Source: Muribaculum sp. (GTDB lineage Bacteria > Bacteroidota > Bacteroidia > Bacteroidales > Muribaculaceae). From it: a stretch of 64,000 nucleotides of DNA. Location: NCBI GenBank assembly GCA_009775095.1, contig VSOZ01000012.1, forward strand, positions 19,801 through 83,800. The letters are read 5' to 3'. Both the position numbers and the translations under genes were made by a program. Of the stretch, positions 40,325 to 50,510 are shown piece after piece (within the stretch, counting starts at the first letter, position 1; each line of letters opens with the position of its first letter). The notes under the pieces were generated by a model. It was given only the letters and a program-made list of their open reading frames with translations, was not told where the DNA came from and did not search any database.

Positions 40325-43284
40325 AGCCCTTTCTGCAAAGTATAGCCGAAGTATACCACGCGCGGGAGAAAGACAAGTTGATTGACTACTGCTTCGTATT
40401 TCCAAATAAACGTAGCGGAACGTTCTTTCGTCAGTATCTGTCGCAATGCGCGCCTTCGGAAACTCCGTTTTTCGAACCTGAGGTAATAACTATTAGCGAG
40501 TTTATATCGTCATTTTCCGACTATGTGGAAGCATCGCGTTACGACCTGCTGTTCACCCTCTTTACCGAGTATGCGAAGTTGTCGAAAGAGACCGAGGACT
40601 TCGACAAATTTGTATTCTGGGGCGACATGCTTGTCAATGATTTCAACGATGTAGACCGTTATCTTGCCGATGCGCACCAACTGTTCAAAAACGTAAAGAA
40701 TGTTCGTGAGATAGCCACCGACTTCCTCACAGAAGAGCAGAAAGAGGTCATAACACGGTATTGGGATGTCGACTTACAATCCTATAGCCCCGAGCAGTTC
40801 TGGACACATCTTACCAAAGAAGGAGAGCCACGCGTAAACAGAGACTCATTCGTGCAACTGTGGGAGATACTTGATCCGCTATACCATGCGGTAAAAAAGA
40901 GCCTTGCATCAAGAGGGCTATGTTACTCCGGCATGCAGTACCGAGAGGTTGCCGAGAAGCTAAGCGGCATGACCGCCGACGACCTGCCGTATTCACGCAT
41001 AATATTTGTAGGTTTCAATGTGCTTTCCACATCGGAAATACATATTTTCAGCCGGTTGCGCGATATCGGCAGAGCCGATTTTTACTGGGATTACAATCTG
41101 CCCAAAGAGATAAAGGAAAATTGCTCGGCCACTCACTTCATACGCAAATATGTAAAGGCATTTCCCTCACTATACGATTTATCGGACGATTCCGGCACAT
41201 TGCCCGACATAGAGATTGTAAGCGTGCCGTCCAACGTAGGACAGGTAAAACTCGCAGGCGACATAATCAGGCAAATGGCTGCCGACGGTTCAATAGCCGA
41301 CGCGGACAACGCTGTCGACACAGCGATAGTGCTGCCTTCCGAAGAGCTGTTTGTCGACCTGCTGCATTCAGTGCCGCCTGAAATATCGACAGTAAACATA
41401 ACCATGGGCTATCCGCTACGTCATACATCGGTGGCGGTATTTATGCGCAACATAATGTCAATGCATCTTCGTGCAAAAAAAGTGCGCGGCCTGTGGCACT
41501 TCTTCTATGAGGATGTAAAAGACGTGATCACGCACAGCCTGATTGTATCATTTGCCGGCAAATCGTGCGAGGCACTGAAAAAGGATATCGAAACCCGACG
41601 CATGTTTCTTATACCGTCAGAATACGTATCCGAGAACTATCCAGACCTGAAAACCATATTTTTCCCGGTAGAAGACCTGATGTCGGGCAATAACGTATTT
41701 AAATATGTATCGGATCTTACCAAATATATTTTATCGGAACTGGATAAAGCGCCGAAAGACAACAACACCGCACTTGAAATCGGTTTTGTGACGCGTTACC
41801 GTCAGTCGGTTGAGCAACTCCAACGAGCTACGGAAAAGTACGGCATAACCATGCGCGACAATACCTTCTTTCACCTCATCGAACGTACCGTCAATACGGA
41901 GACGGTCAATTTCGTAGGCGAACCGTTGTCAGGACTCCAGATCATGGGCGTACTCGAAACCCGTGCTCTTGATTTCAAAAACATCATACTCCTGTCAATG
42001 AACGAGCGCATATTTCCACGCAAGCACTACAGTCGCTCATTCATCCCCAATGTATTGCGTCAATGCTACGGGTTGTCAACCATGGAATTTCAGGAATGTA
42101 TATACGCCTACTATTTCTACAGACTTATATCACGGGCTTCAAATGTAAAGCTACTGTATGACGGGCGAACATCGGGGCTTAAAGGGGGAGAGATGTCACG
42201 CTACCTTTATCAGTTGCTGTACATGTTCCCGTCAGACAATCTAAAGAAGTTCAACGCATGCTTCAACGTACCGGCCACACATGTCGGCGAGCCATTTTCC
42301 GTGGCAAAAAATGGCCGGATAATGTCGCGCATAAACTGCTTTCTGTCGACGGCCGAAAACAAGCGCTACCTTTCGGCATCGGCCATAAACACATATCTGC
42401 AATGTCCGCTAAAATTTTACTTCGGATACGTGGAAAATGTGCGGGCCGAAGATGAGATGAAAGATTATGTCGACGAAAGCAGTTTCGGTCGCATAGTCCA
42501 CGAGGTGCTTGAATTTTCCTACAAGCGCATGCGCGGTTCGGCTGCCAAAGTCGAAATAACAGCCGACGTCATCGAGCGATTGAAAAGCGAGACCGTAAAA
42601 CTTGACAGCATAATAACCTCATCAATAAACAAACTCTACAACAATCTGCCGTCGCAAACCGGAGACAACGAGGCATATGAAAACCTTACTCCGCTCACAG
42701 GAGAAACAAAGATACTCGGCGAGCTGATCAGGGAATTTGTAATAACATTGTTTGACCGGGAAAAAGCATTTGTGCCGTTTTACTTCGTCGAAGGCGAGCG
42801 TGAGGTGTTCACTGACCTTCCGCTTGACTGTACACGAAGCTATAACATAAGGGGAAGCATAGACCGCATTGACGAAATGACCGACGGCCGCGTAAGAATT
42901 GTTGATTACAAAACCGGTAACGACGAAATAAAAGTTATAGATCTTAACGACCTCACCGAAAGTACGACGACAAAATCGCACAATAAGGGAGTGCTACAGC
43001 TTTTCCTATACTGCAACATGCACGCCCGCGACCGTCACTTTACTGGCGCTATATGGCCCATGCTGTATGCGATGAAGAAATTATTCACCGACGGTCTGCA
43101 GCCCGTAAAGATAGAAGGCGAGCCGCTGTATGACTACACAATACACAACGACGCCGTAATGGAAGCGCTCAACAGCAAATTGCGCAGTCTGTTTGACCAA
43201 AAGACGCCTTTTGTACCGACTCCGTCAGACAAACACTGCCATTACTGCGACTTTAAAGCCATGTGCGGCATGGCGCCGTCATAA
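40321..43284 (+). CDS. AddB/RexB-like PD-(D/E)XK nuclease
   Basis: VFPNKR, GVLETRALDF, LSASAINTYLQCP, GSIDRID...VDYKTG, C-terminal CHYCDFKAMC. Confidence 0.85.
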   Translation: MKPFLQSIAEVYHAREKDKLIDYCFVFPNKRSGTFFRQYLSQCAPSETPFFEPEVITISEFISSFSDYVEASRYDLLFTLFTEYAKLSKETEDFDKFVFWGDMLVNDFNDVDRYLADAHQLFKNVKNVREIATDFLTEEQKEVITRYWDVDLQSYSPEQFWTHLTKEGEPRVNRDSFVQLWEILDPLYHAVKKSLASRGLCYSGMQYREVAEKLSGMTADDLPYSRIIFVGFNVLSTSEIHIFSRLRDIGRADFYWDYNLPKEIKENCSATHFIRKYVKAFPSLYDLSDDSGTLPDIEIVSVPSNVGQVKLAGDIIRQMAADGSIADADNAVDTAIVLPSEELFVDLLHSVPPEISTVNITMGYPLRHTSVAVFMRNIMSMHLRAKKVRGLWHFFYEDVKDVITHSLIVSFAGKSCEALKKDIETRRMFLIPSEYVSENYPDLKTIFFPVEDLMSGNNVFKYVSDLTKYILSELDKAPKDNNTALEIGFVTRYRQSVEQLQRATEKYGITMRDNTFFHLIERTVNTETVNFVGEPLSGLQIMGVLETRALDFKNIILLSMNERIFPRKHYSRSFIPNVLRQCYGLSTMEFQECIYAYYFYRLISRASNVKLLYDGRTSGLKGGEMSRYLYQLLYMFPSDNLKKFNACFNVPATHVGEPFSVAKNGRIMSRINCFLSTAENKRYLSASAINTYLQCPLKFYFGYVENVRAEDEMKDYVDESSFGRIVHEVLEFSYKRMRGSAAKVEITADVIERLKSETVKLDSIITSSINKLYNNLPSQTGDNEAYENLTPLTGETKILGELIREFVITLFDREKAFVPFYFVEGEREVFTDLPLDCTRSYNIRGSIDRIDEMTDGRVRIVDYKTGNDEIKVIDLNDLTESTTTKSHNKGVLQLFLYCNMHARDRHFTGAIWPMLYAMKKLFTDGLQPVKIEGEPLYDYTIHNDAVMEALNSKLRSLFDQKTPFVPTPSDKHCHYCDFKAMCGMAPS

Positions 43285-43294
43285 ATGCACCGAT

Positions 43295-44404
43295 ATGGCC
43301 GGAATTTACATACACATACCGTTCTGCCACTCAAAGTGCGCTTACTGCGACTTCTACTCCACACCAAGACAAGAAGCCATGTCGGCCTACGTGCCCGCAC
43401 TGCTTAAAGAATGGGAAGCCCGACATTACGAACTGACAGAGCCGATAACAACCGTATACATAGGCGGAGGTACACCGTCACTGCTTTCCCCTGCTATGCT
43501 GTCGGCCATAACATCGGTTTTCGCCATACCCGGCGTTGAAGAGTTTACCATCGAAGCCAATCCGGAGGACATCAACGAACAATGGGCCAAGCACATAACC
43601 GGATCCGGCATAAACCGAGTGAGTTTAGGCATACAATCGCTCGTTGACAAAGAACTTTCCACCGTGGGCCGGCGACATACGGCGGCGGAGGCTATAGAGG
43701 CTATCAACATCCTACGCGATGCAGGAATTACAGAGATAAGCGGTGACCTTATATACGGACTGCCTGAACAAACAGTCAATACATGGCGATACTCGCTCGA
43801 CACACTGGTCGCGCTCGGACTGCCTCATATATCGGCCTACTCTCTGTCATACGAAGAGGGCACCCGGCTGTATGCGCGGTTACTTGCAGGAAAACTCCGT
43901 GAAACCGATGAAGAGACAGTGGCCGAGATGTATGACTACATGACCTCAACACTGCGCGACGCAGGATACGAGCACTACGAAATATCCAATTTTGCCAAAC
44001 CGGGACACAGAGCCCGTCACAACAGCTCATACTGGCACTTTGTCCCCTACCTCGGTCTCGGGCCGGCGGCCCACAGCTTTGACGGAAAAATAAGACGAGT
44101 CAACAAAGCAGATCTTCGCGGCTACATAACGGCAATAAACCATGGTGAAAAGTTTTATGACGAGGAAGACGAATCACCCACCGACCTATTCAACGACTAC
44201 ATAATAACTGGCTTACGGACAATGGAAGGGATTGACTTGGCCGACATGGAGTCGGTGTTCGGCCGCATGAATACGGATAAATTCACAAACAGGTGCGGTC
44301 CTTATATAAAGGCGGGAAAATTACAACGGACCGACGGACGCATTCATTTTAATGAAGCGTCATGGCTCATCTCAGACGGGGTACTCCGCGAGCTTATCGA
44401 CTGA
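43295..44404 (+). CDS. hemW: Radical SAM heme chaperone HemW
   Basis: YIHIPFCHSKCAYCDF, GGGTPS, HYEISNF; start set at MAGIY. Confidence 0.9.
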   Translation: MAGIYIHIPFCHSKCAYCDFYSTPRQEAMSAYVPALLKEWEARHYELTEPITTVYIGGGTPSLLSPAMLSAITSVFAIPGVEEFTIEANPEDINEQWAKHITGSGINRVSLGIQSLVDKELSTVGRRHTAAEAIEAINILRDAGITEISGDLIYGLPEQTVNTWRYSLDTLVALGLPHISAYSLSYEEGTRLYARLLAGKLRETDEETVAEMYDYMTSTLRDAGYEHYEISNFAKPGHRARHNSSYWHFVPYLGLGPAAHSFDGKIRRVNKADLRGYITAINHGEKFYDEEDESPTDLFNDYIITGLRTMEGIDLADMESVFGRMNTDKFTNRCGPYIKAGKLQRTDGRIHFNEASWLISDGVLRELID

Positions 44405-44406
44405 CG

Positions 44407-44880
44407 TCAGTCATGATGATAGGGTTCACCACGTAGTATTGTCATGGCTCGATAAAGTTGTTCGGTAAAGAACAACCGTATCATCTCGTGAGAGAATGTC
44501 ATTTTTGATAACGACAATAAACCGTCGGCCCGGTCATAGACAGGCTTTGAGAAGCCATACGGGCCGCCTACAATAAACAGCAGTCGCTTTGGCACCACCG
44601 TCATCATGCGGTCCATATAACCGGCAAACTCACGCGACGTCATCTCACGACCCTTCTCGTCAAGAAGCATGACCCTGTCGCCCGGCTTCACATAGTCAAG
44701 AAACTGCGCTCCCTCAAGCTCTTTCTGGCGCTCCTCGGTCATGGCTTTTGTCGACTTTACGTCAGGCAGACAAGTTATGTCAAACGGCACATAATGTCCG
44801 AGACGTTTCACATAATTGTCTATACCCTCCTGAAGATATCGCGACGTCGTACGTCCTATCACCACCAGCTCAACTTTCAT
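44407..44880 (-). CDS. rlmH: 23S rRNA pseudouridine-1915 N3-methyltransferase
   Basis: LLDEKG, FIVGGPYG, SLSKMTFSH, EQLYRA...PYHH. Confidence 0.96.
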   Translation of the reverse strand: MKVELVVIGRTTSRYLQEGIDNYVKRLGHYVPFDITCLPDVKSTKAMTEERQKELEGAQFLDYVKPGDRVMLLDEKGREMTSREFAGYMDRMMTVVPKRLLFIVGGPYGFSKPVYDRADGLLSLSKMTFSHEMIRLFFTEQLYRAMTILRGEPYHHD

Positions 44881-45079
44881 AACTCCGGTTACAATTAATT
44901 ATTACATTTATTTGTCCGACAATACTGTCTTCGTTTCTTAACAAAATTACAAATTTTTCATGACAACGGAAATCCAAACAAATTAACGTTAAGTTAAAAT
45001 CGTACATTATTGGCTAATTTCCAACGATTCTTCAATGTTAATCGTTTTTATATTATAAATAATTGTTATATTTGCATAT

Positions 45080-45385
45080 ATGAAGTTGATTGAACTAAAT
45101 CTGCAACGCATTATTGACCTTTGCCGGAAGCACAAGGTTAAGACTTTGGCTGTCTTTGGTTCTATCCTCACTGACAGATTCAACGATCAAAGCGACGTGG
45201 ACTTACTTGTGGACTTCGAGCCTATAGATCACGATACATTTGATTATGTAACAAACTACTTCGATTTTCGTGACGCATTAGAAAATCTTTTCGATAGAAA
45301 GGTAGATTTGATTGAGGAAGGTGGCCTGCGGAATAAATACTTTATAGCCAATGTCAACCGCACAAAACGAATGATTTATGGTTAA
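45080..45385 (+). CDS. MNT nucleotidyltransferase antitoxin (MntA-like)
   Basis: GS-X10-DVD motif (FGSILTDRFNDQSDVD); overlaps the HEPN gene. Confidence 0.9.
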   Translation: MKLIELNLQRIIDLCRKHKVKTLAVFGSILTDRFNDQSDVDLLVDFEPIDHDTFDYVTNYFDFRDALENLFDRKVDLIEEGGLRNKYFIANVNRTKRMIYG

Positions 45386-45761
45386 TGAAGAAGTTCTGAC
45401 ATATCTTCAAGATGTTTTAGATGCAATCAACGATATGCAAAGTTGCTTTGTTGACTTTCCAAACAGATACGATTTATTTGAAAAAGACATAAAGCTCAAA
45501 TGCGTTGTAGAACGCAAAACTGAAATAATGGGCGAAGCAATAAACCGAATAAGGAAAGTTGATCCCACTTTAGAGATTCCAAATGCAAGAGCCATAATTG
45601 ACACTCGCAATCGTATTATACACGCTTATGACAATGTGCAACCTACCTTTTTATGGAGTCTGGTACGCCATATACCCGAACTAAAAAAGACGTGGAACGC
45701 ATCATTGCCGAATATGAGATATCGCCTGAGACGGACAATATTGATTAGTTCATTTCAATAA
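45378..45761 (+). CDS. HEPN/DUF86 ribonuclease toxin (HepT-like); C-terminus possibly frameshifted
   Basis: EIMGEA, RNRIIHAY (RX4HXY). Confidence 0.85.
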   Translation: MVNEEVLTYLQDVLDAINDMQSCFVDFPNRYDLFEKDIKLKCVVERKTEIMGEAINRIRKVDPTLEIPNARAIIDTRNRIIHAYDNVQPTFLWSLVRHIPELKKTWNASLPNMRYRLRRTILISSFQ

Positions 45762-45881
45762 TCTTCTCGGTCCATTATTTGTACCTTTGATTTCACTTTT
45801 GCTCGGCAAAAGCCAAGTAAATTTGGTATTGCTCTCGACTTATTCGTATCTTTGCAGCGGTAACAATAACAAATTCAGGAT

Positions 45882-46727
45882 ATGAAGACAAGAGATGAAC
45901 TGATAGATGACCTGCTAACTCTGGCATTTGCCGAAGATGTGGGCGACGGCGACCATACCACACTGAGTACAATCCCGGCCGATGAGGTAGGCAAACAACA
46001 GCTTATTGTCAAGGAAGAGGGCATACTCGCCGGAGTGGAGATAGCACGGAAAGTATTTGAAAAGTTTGACCCGTCGCTAAAAATGACAGTCTTTATCAAC
46101 GACGGTGCACATGTAAAGCCGGGCGACGTAGCGTTTGTGGTCGAAGGACCAGTTCGCTCATTGCTGCAGACCGAGCGTATCATGCTCAATATCATGCAGC
46201 GCATGAGCGGCATAGCCACTACAACCGCACGCTATCAGGACAAGCTCAAAGGGCTTAAGACCAAAGTGCTCGACACCCGCAAGACCACTCCCGGCATGAG
46301 AATGCTCGAAAAAGAGGCCGTCAAGATAGGCGGAGGCAGCAATCACCGTATAGGACTATTTGACATGATTCTCATCAAAGATAACCATGTGGACTTCGCT
46401 GGAGGTATAAAAGAAGCCGTCGAGGCAGCCAAGAAGTATCTCAAAGACACAGGTCGTGACCTCAAAATCGAAGTTGAAGTACGCAATACCGACGAAATAA
46501 AACAGGCTCTTGAAGCCGATGTTGACAGAATAATGCTCGACAATTTCACGCCGGAACGTACGCGCGAAGCCGTAAAACTGATTGACGGACGCACAGAAGT
46601 GGAGTCATCGGGAGGCATTACATTTGACACTCTGCGCGACTATGCGGAGTGCGGAGTGGATTTCATCTCTGTAGGAGCACTCACCCACTCCGTCAAAGGT
46701 CTTGACATGAGTTTCAAGGCCTGCTAA
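45882..46727 (+). CDS. nadC: Nicotinate-nucleotide pyrophosphorylase (quinolinate phosphoribosyltransferase)
   Basis: DTRKTTPG, NHRIGL, LIKDNH, IMLDN, SSGGI, SVGALTHS. Confidence 0.96.
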   Translation: MKTRDELIDDLLTLAFAEDVGDGDHTTLSTIPADEVGKQQLIVKEEGILAGVEIARKVFEKFDPSLKMTVFINDGAHVKPGDVAFVVEGPVRSLLQTERIMLNIMQRMSGIATTTARYQDKLKGLKTKVLDTRKTTPGMRMLEKEAVKIGGGSNHRIGLFDMILIKDNHVDFAGGIKEAVEAAKKYLKDTGRDLKIEVEVRNTDEIKQALEADVDRIMLDNFTPERTREAVKLIDGRTEVESSGGITFDTLRDYAECGVDFISVGALTHSVKGLDMSFKAC

Positions 46728-47365
46728 TCGCGAGTCACAGAAAGCATATCATCCACACTGAAGCCTGCAAACCCGTCAATGAGTTTGTGGGCTTTTCCTT
46801 TAAGACGCTCTTCGGGGAGTGTAGTGGTAAGCCCAATGACAACCGCACCGGATGCCACACCCGCCTCAATACCCGACAAAGAGTCTTCAAACACATAACA
46901 ATCCGACGGAGAACAGCCTATACGCTCCGCAGCCAACAGATAGCCCTGAGGGTCAGGTTTTGAACGTGTAACGTCAGCGCCGGTAATTATAGCATCGAAA
47001 TAATCGGCAAAACCCGGGTGACGTGCATACAGACGCTGCATCTTGTTGTCACTGCTGCTTGTCACGACGGCAAGCGGTATATGCGCGGCACGCAACTCGT
47101 CAAGAAACTCTACAACACCGTCACATATAGGATACTCCATATTGGCCTCAAATTCATTTATACGGCGAAGTACATCGGCCGACATTTCAGGCGCGGGGAA
47201 ATATTTAGACAATATCTGTTCGATAGTAGTACCTTTTATGGCCAATGAGAATTTTTCTTCTTTTATATCGTACAGCTGCGCCAGATTGTCATAAAACTCG
47301 CTATACAGACGCTCACTGTCAATCAATACTCCATCCAAGTCAAACAAGACACCAATATTGTTCAT
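46724..47365 (-). CDS. HAD-family phosphatase
   Basis: FDLDGVLIDS, VTSS, SKPDP, FEDSLSG. Confidence 0.92.
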   Translation of the reverse strand: MNNIGVLFDLDGVLIDSERLYSEFYDNLAQLYDIKEEKFSLAIKGTTIEQILSKYFPAPEMSADVLRRINEFEANMEYPICDGVVEFLDELRAAHIPLAVVTSSSDNKMQRLYARHPGFADYFDAIITGADVTRSKPDPQGYLLAAERIGCSPSDCYVFEDSLSGIEAGVASGAVVIGLTTTLPEERLKGKAHKLIDGFAGFSVDDMLSVTRD

Positions 47366-47456
47366 ATTAAAAACTTAAAAATTTATGCAAAAATAACTAT
47401 TCCCTGTTTCATTATTGTTTTTATAGACGTTAATTTTGTAAAATAAATCGTATAAT

Positions 47457-48842
47457 ATGGCAACAGCAGACAGTCCGCTTTCATTAGGCTCAAAATCAAT
47501 AGGAAAACTACTCGTTCAATATTCGGTACCGGCTATAATAGCAAGCGTGGCTACTTCACTATACAATATTGTCGACAGTATATTCATAGGCCGTGGTGTC
47601 GGTCCGATGGCTATAGCCGGACTTGCTATCACGTTTCCGCTAATGAATCTTGTGGTGGCATTCTGTACGCTCATTGCTGTAGGTGGCGCCACTATCAGCT
47701 CAATATTCATCGGCCAGAAAAACGAGTCACGGGCAACTGACGTCGTGAACAACGTCATGATACTCTGCCTCATACACTCGATTGTATTCGGAGGCATAAC
47801 CCTTATATTTCTTGACGAGATATTATATTTCTTCGGAGCTACGCCCGAGACCATAAGCTATGCCCGCGAGTTTATGAGAATAATACTCTACGGCACACCG
47901 ATATCATACGTATTCATAGGCCTTAACAACCTTATGAGAGCTACCGGCTACCCAAAAAAAGCCATGATATCGGCATTGCTGTCGGTGCTTGTCAACGTCA
48001 TCCTCGCACCTATATTTATATTCTCATTTGAATGGGGCATAGCCGGCGCGGCATTTGCCACTATATGCGGACAGTTTGCCGCCTTTGTATGGGTACTCTA
48101 CCACTTCATGTCAAAGAAAAGTTTCATACATTTCCAGCTGTCCAACCGATGGTTCACACCTTCGATTATAAAACGCATATACTCCATAGGATTATCACCG
48201 TTTCTGATGAATGTATGCGCATGTGTGGTCGTGATATTCATCAACAAAGCGCTACTTGACTATGCGGGCACAGCAGGCAATCTCGCAGTGGGAGCTTACG
48301 GCATAATAAACCGCACCACAATGTTTTTTGTAATGATCGTGTTTGGCGTCACACAAGGCATGCAACCGATACTCGGCTTCAACTACGGAGCCAATAAATG
48401 GGACCGCGTCAAGCGCACATTATCTATAGGCATATGGCTCGGTGTAGCCATAACAACAGTAGGTTTCGCCGTCACAGAACTGTTTCCCGACACTATAAGC
48501 GCCTTGTTTACCCGCGACGAAACCCTCATAGCCATAGCACGCGACGGCTTCCGCATATATTTTATTGTATATCCCGTAGTAGGATGCCAGATTGTAATAC
48601 AAAATTTCTTCCAATCTATAGGCAAACCGAAACTTTCGATATTTCTGTCTCTTACACGTCAACTGCTGTTTCTTATACCGTTTCTTATCATACTTCCACG
48701 ATATTTTGGCACTGACGGAGTGTGGGCGAGCATGTGCGGCTCCGACCTACTTGCGGCCATAGTGGCTGTAGCCACGGTACTGGTCATGATAAGACGTCTT
48801 AACAAACGATTTGCCACACTCACACCTATCAATCAGAATTAA
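47457..48842 (+). CDS. MATE family efflux transporter
   Basis: LYNIVDSIFIG, GIAGAAFAT, QPILGFNYGA, FFQSIG. Confidence 0.92.
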   Translation: MATADSPLSLGSKSIGKLLVQYSVPAIIASVATSLYNIVDSIFIGRGVGPMAIAGLAITFPLMNLVVAFCTLIAVGGATISSIFIGQKNESRATDVVNNVMILCLIHSIVFGGITLIFLDEILYFFGATPETISYAREFMRIILYGTPISYVFIGLNNLMRATGYPKKAMISALLSVLVNVILAPIFIFSFEWGIAGAAFATICGQFAAFVWVLYHFMSKKSFIHFQLSNRWFTPSIIKRIYSIGLSPFLMNVCACVVVIFINKALLDYAGTAGNLAVGAYGIINRTTMFFVMIVFGVTQGMQPILGFNYGANKWDRVKRTLSIGIWLGVAITTVGFAVTELFPDTISALFTRDETLIAIARDGFRIYFIVYPVVGCQIVIQNFFQSIGKPKLSIFLSLTRQLLFLIPFLIILPRYFGTDGVWASMCGSDLLAAIVAVATVLVMIRRLNKRFATLTPINQN

Positions 48843-48843
48843 T

Positions 48844-50418
48844 ATGCAACAAGACATAAACCTACGGGTCGACCCGAAAACTGCATCAAACCTCAAGCTA
48901 CTCTCCAACAATGGGATCAAAGCATCAGGTATAAAACCGGAAAGAATAAAAGCTACACGCATAATAAAACGTTCAATCGACGCACGCCAGCGCAACGTCA
49001 TGGTAAATATAACACTGCGACTGTATGTTGACGAAACGCTACCGGCAAACATTTATCCGTCAATCGATTATGCTCCGGTAAAGTCATCGCGACAAGCCAT
49101 AGTTGTAGGTGCCGGCCCGGCAGGACTGTTTGCAGCTCTGCGCCTTATCGAGCAAGGTATAAAACCGATAGTCATCGAACGAGGAAAAGATGTGGATTCA
49201 CGACGTAAGGACATGGCCGCAATAGCCCGTGAAAACATTGTAGACCCGGACTCCAACTATTGTTTCGGCGAAGGAGGTGCAGGCGCATACTCCGACGGCA
49301 AACTCTATACCCGCAGCAAAAAACGCGGCTCCGTGGAGAAAATACTGTCTATCCTTCACCAACATGGAGCCGATGAAAGCATAATGGTGGATGCACATCC
49401 CCATATAGGCACCGACAAATTGCCGGAGGTCATAAAAGCGATAAGAAACACTATTATACAAGCCGGCGGAGAAGTGCATTTCAACCAACGGGTATGCGAC
49501 ATCACAATCAGCGACGACACAGTGACAGGAGTCAAGACCGCGACCGGTGAAGAGTACCGTGGTCCGGTAATACTTGCGACAGGCCACTCCGCCCGCGACG
49601 TATACAAAATGTTGGCAGACCGAGGCATCGACATGGAGGCAAAGGGCCTTGCAATTGGCGTAAGGCTTGAGCATCCTCAAGAGCTTATAGACCGCATCCA
49701 GTACCACTCCCCCGAGGGGCGCGGCAAATATCTGCCTGCTGCCGAATACTCCATGCTCACACGCGTCGACGGACGAGGGGTATACTCGTTCTGCATGTGT
49801 CCGGGAGGCTTCATAATACCGGCAGCGAGCGGGCCGGGGCAACTTGTGGTCAACGGCATGTCGCCCTCATCGCGCGGCACGCGTTGGGCCAATTCGGGTA
49901 TGGTCGTGGAGATACTACCCGAGGACGTCGACGACAAACAAGAGGCCGGACCGCTTAAAATGATGTATTATCAGGAGGATATAGAAGCCTGCTTTTACAA
50001 AGACGCCGACATGACCCACAACGCGCCGGCACAACGCATGCTCGACTTCACCAAAGGCAAACAGTCATCGACACTGCCCCCGACGTCGTATGCTCCGGGC
50101 ATACACAGCGCCCGGATAGACAGGCTTTTGCCTCCGGTTATAGCAGATCGTCTGCGCAAGGGCTTCATTGAATTTGGCAGGAAATCACACGGCTTTCTCA
50201 CCAACGATGCTGTACTTATAGGATGCGAAACACGTACTTCGGCCCCGGTAAGAGTCATACGCGACAATGCCACACTCCAGCATATCAGAATAAAAGGGCT
50301 CTTCCCTTGCGGAGAGGGAGCCGGATATGCCGGAGGCATAGTGTCGGCGGCAATCGACGGCGAACGTTGTGCCGATGCCTTGGCCTCATATATGGATACT
50401 CCGCACACTGACAATTAA
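48844..50418 (+). CDS. FAD-dependent oxidoreductase
   Basis: VGAGPAGL, FGEGGAGAYSDGKL, FCMCPGG, GEGAGYAGGIVSAAIDG; start set at MQQDI. Confidence 0.88.
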   Translation: MQQDINLRVDPKTASNLKLLSNNGIKASGIKPERIKATRIIKRSIDARQRNVMVNITLRLYVDETLPANIYPSIDYAPVKSSRQAIVVGAGPAGLFAALRLIEQGIKPIVIERGKDVDSRRKDMAAIARENIVDPDSNYCFGEGGAGAYSDGKLYTRSKKRGSVEKILSILHQHGADESIMVDAHPHIGTDKLPEVIKAIRNTIIQAGGEVHFNQRVCDITISDDTVTGVKTATGEEYRGPVILATGHSARDVYKMLADRGIDMEAKGLAIGVRLEHPQELIDRIQYHSPEGRGKYLPAAEYSMLTRVDGRGVYSFCMCPGGFIIPAASGPGQLVVNGMSPSSRGTRWANSGMVVEILPEDVDDKQEAGPLKMMYYQEDIEACFYKDADMTHNAPAQRMLDFTKGKQSSTLPPTSYAPGIHSARIDRLLPPVIADRLRKGFIEFGRKSHGFLTNDAVLIGCETRTSAPVRVIRDNATLQHIRIKGLFPCGEGAGYAGGIVSAAIDGERCADALASYMDTPHTDN

Positions 50419-50510
50419 TCTTATTAAATAATATTTTTCTTATATATAGGTATATATCCGTGGATTTTCACTAATTTTGTACTCTGAATTGCATAATAAA
50501 GAATAATAGC

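Noticed and set aside
40321..43284. Large PD-(D/E)XK protein as a Cas4 or defence nuclease
   Set aside because: Length, motifs and housekeeping context fit the AddB-like repair subunit.
44407..45761. rlmH as an SCCmec-like integration site for the toxin-antitoxin pair
   Set aside because: The pair lies at the 5' side of rlmH, and no recombinase or att repeat is seen.
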